A DNA stretch of 64,000 bases from Leifsonia sp. (GTDB lineage Bacteria > Actinomycetota > Actinomycetes > Actinomycetales > Microbacteriaceae), in contig JBEVEO010000176.1 in NCBI GenBank assembly GCA_040512695.1, positions 868 through 64,867 on the forward strand. Reading direction: 5' to 3'. Below the pieces are notes generated by a model. That model saw only the letters and a program-made list of their open reading frames with translations. It did no database searches and was not told the origin of the DNA. Shown one piece after another: positions 59,172 through 64,000 of the stretch. A program made the translations under genes and the position numbers. Numbering within the stretch: position 1 is the stretch's first letter; each line of letters opens with the position of its first letter.

Positions 59172-59259
59172 CGCCGATCGAGTAGCGCCGAGCGCGCACC
59201 GGCGCAGCCCGCCGATCGAGTGGGCGCCGAGCGCGCAGCGCTCGACGCGGATCGAGATC
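59172..59259 (+). repeat. REP-like element: one truncated and one full copy in tandem
   Basis: CGCCGATCGAGTAGCGCCGAGCGCGCA (59172-59198) and CCCGCCGATCGAGTGGGCGCCGAGCGC-GCA-GCGCTCGACGCGGATCGAGATC (59208-59259). Confidence 0.65.
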
Positions 59260-59264
59260 ACCGT

Positions 59265-60113
59265 TCAGTCGTCGAGCGCCTCGCGTGCCGCTGCGGCGGC
59301 CGTCTCGGCCTCGGCGCTCGCGCTCTGAGCCGCATCCCGCTCCCGCTCCAACTCGGCCGACTCCCGGTCCGCGCGGGCGAGTCGCGCGTCCGCAGCCCGC
59401 AGCCGATCCTCGGCGTCGTCGCGATCGGCCTGCGCCTCCCGGCGACGACGTTCCGCATCCGCAGCATGCCCCGCAGCGATGTCGAACGCGCGGCGCGCGG
59501 ACGCCGCGGCCCGCTCCGCCTCCGACGCCGCCTGCTCGAGGCGCTTCCGCTCCCGCCGCACCGCGATGTCCTCGACCGGACGCCCGGCGGGCCTCGGAAC
59601 CGCCGCTCCGCCTGCGACGGCATTGTCGAGGTCGACGGGATCGAATCCGACCGTGATCAACGTGCGGACGAGGCGCCCGGAGAGCACGGCATCCGTCGCC
59701 GCGGCATCCGCCAGGGCGGCGTTCACGGTCTGCTCCACCTCGTCGAGGCCGGCACGGGCCACCGGATGGCCGAGCTCGGCCGCCAGTTCCCCGGCGGTCC
59801 TCCCCAGGGCGGCCACCTCCGTGCGTCGGAGGCGCGTGAGCCGGGTGAGCTCCGGCGCATCCCGCCGCTCCTGGGCATCCCGCAACTCGTCGCCGAGATC
59901 GAGGACCGCGGCCAACGCGGAGGCACGGTGACGTACCAGCTGGTTCACCAGCCACGCACCCGGGCTCGGCTTCTTCAACTCCCGGACCCGCTCGGCGAGG
60001 TCGCGGTCGTCGGCCTTGACCGTTGCCGCCCTGGAGTTCCTCGCCGCTGTGAACTCCGTCGGCGGCAGGGCGTAGAGCTCGTCGGCGATCGGGATGAGCG
60101 CGTCGTCGGCCAT
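59265..60113 (-). CDS. Conserved hypothetical helical/coiled-coil protein
   Basis: ADELYALPP.EFTAARN, LKKPS..AWLVN, C-terminal Ala/Glu/Arg coiled coil. Confidence 0.8.
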   Translation of the reverse strand: MADDALIPIADELYALPPTEFTAARNSRAATVKADDRDLAERVRELKKPSPGAWLVNQLVRHRASALAAVLDLGDELRDAQERRDAPELTRLTRLRRTEVAALGRTAGELAAELGHPVARAGLDEVEQTVNAALADAAATDAVLSGRLVRTLITVGFDPVDLDNAVAGGAAVPRPAGRPVEDIAVRRERKRLEQAASEAERAAASARRAFDIAAGHAADAERRRREAQADRDDAEDRLRAADARLARADRESAELERERDAAQSASAEAETAAAAAREALDD

Positions 60114-60196
60114 GGCCTCATCCTGCCGCAGCGCCCGCCCCGCGTCACCTCCAGCCGGCACTGTCGCGTGTCGGAGGCATGCGGCAGACTGGCGAC

Positions 60197-60901
60197 ATGT
60201 GCGGACGATTCGCCAACGACTCCGAGACCAACGAGCTCATCGAGGAGTTCGTGGCACAGGGCAACGACTACCGGGACTGGCGCCCGCAGTACTCGATCGC
60301 CCCCACCGATGTCGTTCCGATCGTGCGCGAACGGCAGAACAAGGAGACGGGCGAGATCATCCGTTCGATCGAGCCGGCGGCCTGGGACTTCCATCCCGCA
60401 TTCCTCAAGGAGGCCAAGAGGCCGCAGTTCAATGCCCGCATCGAGACCGTGGCCACGAACGGCCTCTGGAAGGGCGCGTTCGCATCCGGTCGCTGCATCG
60501 TGCCGATGCGCGGCTACTACGAGTGGGACGGTGAACCGGGCAACAAACGGGCGCACTTCATCCACGGGCGGCAGCCCATCCTCGCAGCGGCGGGCATCTG
60601 CACGGCGCGCAAGGTCGACGACGAGTGGGTGGTGTCCACGGCGATCATCACGCGGGAGGCGCGGGACGCCTCCGGCGAGGTGCACGATCGCATGCCGGTG
60701 TTCCTCCAGCGCGACGCCTGGGACGAGTTCCTCTCGCCGGGCAAGCTCGACGACGGCGGAAAGCAGGGGATGCTCGCGCTGCTCGAGGCCCAGTCGACCG
60801 CGGTCGCCGCGACCATCACGACCTACGAGGTGGATCGGCGCGTGAACAACTCCCGCACCGTCGACCCGGCCGATGCGACGCTGATCGAGCCGATCGCGTA
60901 G
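60197..60901 (+). CDS. SOS response-associated peptidase (SRAP/YedK/HMCES family)
   Basis: N-terminal MCGRF, FNARIET, GYYEW, HDRMP, VNN. Confidence 0.93.
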   Translation: MCGRFANDSETNELIEEFVAQGNDYRDWRPQYSIAPTDVVPIVRERQNKETGEIIRSIEPAAWDFHPAFLKEAKRPQFNARIETVATNGLWKGAFASGRCIVPMRGYYEWDGEPGNKRAHFIHGRQPILAAAGICTARKVDDEWVVSTAIITREARDASGEVHDRMPVFLQRDAWDEFLSPGKLDDGGKQGMLALLEAQSTAVAATITTYEVDRRVNNSRTVDPADATLIEPIA

Positions 60902-60916
60902 TCGTTCCGGGGGAGG

Positions 60917-61351
60917 ATGGACCCGATGACGAACCCCACCCTCCTCACGGCCGACGGCACCCGCTTCGTGACCGACCGCCACCTCGCCACCCTCTCGACG
61001 CTCGCCCGCGGCGGCGGCATCCACACCGTCGCGGTCGGGTTCACCTTCGACGGCCGCATCTTGCGCATCATCACCTCCGGGCCGTCGCAGAAGGTGCTCA
61101 ACGTCCGCCGCGGCGGGACCGCCTCGGTGGGGCAGGTCGACGGCGGCCGCTGGATCTCGTTCAGCGGCCCGACCGAGATCCTCGAGGATGCCGCATCCGT
61201 CGCCGATGCCGTCGAACGCTACGCCGCGCGCTATCGGCAGCCCCAGCCCAATCCGCTGCGCGTCGTCATCGCGATGACGGTGACCACGGTGCTGGGGTCC
61301 GCCGGGCTGGTCGAGCGACGGGTGCCCGACGGGCGCGCAGGCGCCCTGTAG
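60917..61351 (+). CDS. PPOX-class (probably F420-dependent) split-barrel oxidoreductase
   Basis: HLATLSTL..G.IH..AVGFT, SQKVLN, QVDG.RW, RYRQP..NP.RV. Confidence 0.82.
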   Translation: MDPMTNPTLLTADGTRFVTDRHLATLSTLARGGGIHTVAVGFTFDGRILRIITSGPSQKVLNVRRGGTASVGQVDGGRWISFSGPTEILEDAASVADAVERYAARYRQPQPNPLRVVIAMTVTTVLGSAGLVERRVPDGRAGAL

Positions 61352-61391
61352 CCTGAGCCCGATCCCGAGGAGTCTCCCGGCCGGCGAGCTC

Positions 61392-62357
61392 TCAGAGCGC
61401 CGTCGCGAGCGACTCCAGGGCGGAGAAGGCGTCGTCACCCACCGGCGTGAGCACGCTCGTCGTCACCCCGGCGGCGAACAGCTCCTCGTTGCGCGCGCGA
61501 ACATCGGCCGCCGTTCCGGCGATCGCGAGCCTGGCCACCCACTCCGCCGGCAATCGCGCGGCGAACTCCTCCCGGCTGCCGCAGTCCGCGCGGAGCGCGC
61601 TCAGCTCGGCGGCGAACGGCAAGGGGTCGATGTGGACACTCCAGTCCGCTTCGCCGATCCAGGCGAGGCCGGGGCGTGCGGCGTCGATGGCGACCGTCGC
61701 ATCCGGGTCGACGGCCCCGATGTTGTAGCTCACCATCGCGTGCGGTCGAGTGGGAGCGATGTGCGCGAGGGACGCGCGCACGTACTCCGGGCCGGCCGGC
61801 TCCGCGAGGATGGTGCCGTCGGCGACGCGGCCGGACAGGGCGAGTGAGCGTGGCCCGCGGACGCCAGCGAGCACGGCGGGGACGACCGGGGGTCGGGCCA
61901 CGGTCTCCAGCGCCACGTCGTCGACCGTGACGTAGCGAGCGTCACCGGTCTCGAGGCGCCCTCCGCGCAGCAGCGTGCGCACGGCGACGATGTACTCCTC
62001 CAGCAGGGTCATGGGGCTCGCGGGCCATGCCCCGACCGATCGCATCCATCCGGGCATCCCGTGCCCGACGCCGGCGACGAGGCGGCCGGGGAAGAGCTCG
62101 GCCAGGGTGGCGAGCTCCATGGCGGCGAATGCGGCGTTCCGGGCGCCGGCAGGCAGCAGGCCGATCCCCACGGTGATCGACGAGGTGGATGCGAGCGCTG
62201 TCGCCGCCTGGGCGATGCCGCCGCGGAAGCCGAGATCCTCCACGATCCACAGCTCGTCGAAGCCGAGCTCCTCCGCGCCCCGGGTGAAGGGGATCACCTG
62301 CTCACGCGGGAGATCACGTCGGAGCATCACGCCGACCCTGCCGTTCCTGCCGTCCAC
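61392..62357 (-). CDS. LLM-class flavin-dependent oxidoreductase
   Basis: GFDELWIVED, RN.AF.AME.ATL..LFPGR..GVGHG, GPRSL.LSG.VADG. Confidence 0.88.
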   Translation of the reverse strand: MDGRNGRVGVMLRRDLPREQVIPFTRGAEELGFDELWIVEDLGFRGGIAQAATALASTSSITVGIGLLPAGARNAAFAAMELATLAELFPGRLVAGVGHGMPGWMRSVGAWPASPMTLLEEYIVAVRTLLRGGRLETGDARYVTVDDVALETVARPPVVPAVLAGVRGPRSLALSGRVADGTILAEPAGPEYVRASLAHIAPTRPHAMVSYNIGAVDPDATVAIDAARPGLAWIGEADWSVHIDPLPFAAELSALRADCGSREEFAARLPAEWVARLAIAGTAADVRARNEELFAAGVTTSVLTPVGDDAFSALESLATAL

Positions 62358-62434
62358 GTGCTGATCCCCCTCGACTCGTGCCGTCCGTTCACGCTAGCGC
62401 GTACGCTCGAAGAGGTACGAACGAGGGGACGTGC

Positions 62435-64000
62435 ATGCCGGGACCGACTGAACCGACAGATCCGCCCGTCGAGGGTGCAGGTCGCGAGCGCACCTCGCGT
62501 CGGGACTTCTTCCGCGTGGCGGGGATCGGCGCTGCGGGGCTCGCGGTGGGCGGAATCGCAGCGGCCGCGATCACCGGCGCCGTCAGCGGGCCCGACAGCG
62601 ACGACCTCGGCTTCACGCCGCTCTCCAGGCGCAGCGAGCCGGGATTCGACCACGTGGTCGTGCTCATGTTCGAGAACCGGTCCTTCGATCACATGCTCGG
62701 ACGGTTGTACGCCGACGGAGGGCTGCGGGCGGGTCAATCGTTCGACGGACTCGCGGACGGTCGGTATTCCAATCCGGGCATCGACGGTGAAGCCGTTCCC
62801 GTGCACGTATACGCGGGCCCGACGGACGAGATCATGGCGCAGCCCGATCCCGATCCCGGCGAGTTCTACCCGCACGTCAACACCCAGCTGTTCGGGCGGA
62901 TCGATCCCGAATCCAACGCCGACCCCGCCAGCAACGGCCTGAAGGCGCCGTGGAACGCTCCGAAGGACACGAGCTCTCCGACGATGGACGGATTCGTCAA
63001 GGACTATGCGGTCAACTTCACCCTGACCCGCGGCCGCGCGCCGACCCCGGAGGAGGCGGCGAACGTCATGGGCGGCTTCACGCCCGAGATGCTGCCGGTC
63101 CTGTCCACTCTGGCCCGCAGCTTCGGCGTCTACGACCACTGGTTCGCCGCCGTGCCGTCGCAGACGTTCTGCAACCGGTCGTTCCTCCACGCGAGCACCT
63201 CCCACGGCTTCGTGACGAACGCGGAGGGGGCCGGCATCGGCAAATGGCTCGACGCCCCGGCCGTTCCGACGATCTTCGACCGCCTGGAGGAGGCCGGCCG
63301 CACCTGGCGGGTCTACTTCGACGAGGAGCAGGTGGTCTCGCTCACCGGCCTGCTCAGTGCGCCGTCCATCGAGCGCTACTGGAAGACCAACTTCCGGGGG
63401 ATGCGCCAGTTCCACAAGGACGCGGCGGATGGCAACCTCCCCGATTACGCGTTCATCGAGCCGCGGATGGTCTTCGACCACAACGACATGCATCCGCCGG
63501 TGTCGAAGCCGCGCCGCGCCGACGAGGATCCGAAGCTGCCCGACTACGAGGCGGCGCTCTCCGACCTGCGCGCGGGGGAGGCGCTGCTCGCCGAGGTCTA
63601 CGGCTCCATCAAGGACGCCGCGGCGACCACCGGCTCGAACGCCATGAACACCGTGCTGCTCGTCACCTTCGACGAGCACGGCGGCATCTACGACCACGTC
63701 GCACCACCGAAGGCCGATCCCCCGACCGGGCGGGCGGAGGCCGGCGAGATGGGCTTCACCTTCGATCGCCTGGGACTCCGGGTCCCCGCCATCGTGGTGT
63801 CGGCCTACACGCAGGCCGGCACCGTGATCAACGATCCGATGCATCACGGATCCGTCGCGAAGACCCTGGCGGAGCTGCACGGGCTGGAACCGCTCACCGA
63901 GCGGGATGCGACGGCGCGCACCATCTTCAACGCCGTCAACCTGAAGACGCCACGCCAGCCGGTGCTCTGGCCCACGGTCGGCAAGCCGTACGTGCCGCCG
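62435..64000 (+). CDS. Tat-exported phosphoesterase / phospholipase C family protein (3' end outside window; not in ORF track)
   Basis: SRRDFF twin-arginine signal; FDHVVVLMFENRSFDHMLG, SQTFCNR, DMHP, TFDEHGG.YDHV, LGLRVP. Confidence 0.9.
   Translation, partial: MPGPTEPTDPPVEGAGRERTSRRDFFRVAGIGAAGLAVGGIAAAAITGAVSGPDSDDLGFTPLSRRSEPGFDHVVVLMFENRSFDHMLGRLYADGGLRAGQSFDGLADGRYSNPGIDGEAVPVHVYAGPTDEIMAQPDPDPGEFYPHVNTQLFGRIDPESNADPASNGLKAPWNAPKDTSSPTMDGFVKDYAVNFTLTRGRAPTPEEAANVMGGFTPEMLPVLSTLARSFGVYDHWFAAVPSQTFCNRSFLHASTSHGFVTNAEGAGIGKWLDAPAVPTIFDRLEEAGRTWRVYFDEEQVVSLTGLLSAPSIERYWKTNFRGMRQFHKDAADGNLPDYAFIEPRMVFDHNDMHPPVSKPRRADEDPKLPDYEAALSDLRAGEALLAEVYGSIKDAAATTGSNAMNTVLLVTFDEHGGIYDHVAPPKADPPTGRAEAGEMGFTFDRLGLRVPAIVVSAYTQAGTVINDPMHHGSVAKTLAELHGLEPLTERDATARTIFNAVNLKTPRQPVLWPTVGKPYVPP

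Noticed and set aside
59265-60113. Transposase
   Set aside because: No DDE or HUH motif, terminal inverted repeats or target-site duplication; mostly coiled coil

Overview
High-GC actinobacterial chromosome segment. Gene content and order point to Microbacteriaceae (inference). I see no rRNA, tRNA, CRISPR, IS or prophage. Core genes: dnaB 3' part, purB, pat/hisC, a 2-oxoacid dehydrogenase E1a/E1b/E2 operon, a Zur-boxed Zn/Mn ABC operon with zur, Zn-free rpmB-rpmG-rpsN plus HU, and Pif1- and RecQ-type helicases. Catabolic genes: a phenylacetate (paa) pathway split into two blocks sharing a PaaR-type operator, and a LysR-MFS-bdhA unit. A stress-type island spans about 51-61 kb (ACAD-like/PIG-L-NodS/GT2 operon, dps, glgX, tiny acidic ORFs, SRAP). 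The best candidate for an undescribed system is a minus-strand operon at 43409-45838: an 84-aa peptide (short acidic leader plus three 22-aa Gly/Asp/His repeats), a ROX/NO66-type JmjC oxygenase and an Apd1/Aim32-like ferredoxin, which is a RiPP-like layout. I also found a shared promoter motif (GTCAA, 27-28 nt, TANNNT) in front of this peptide and five stress-island transcripts, suggesting a common regulon. All family assignments come from motif recognition, not database searches.
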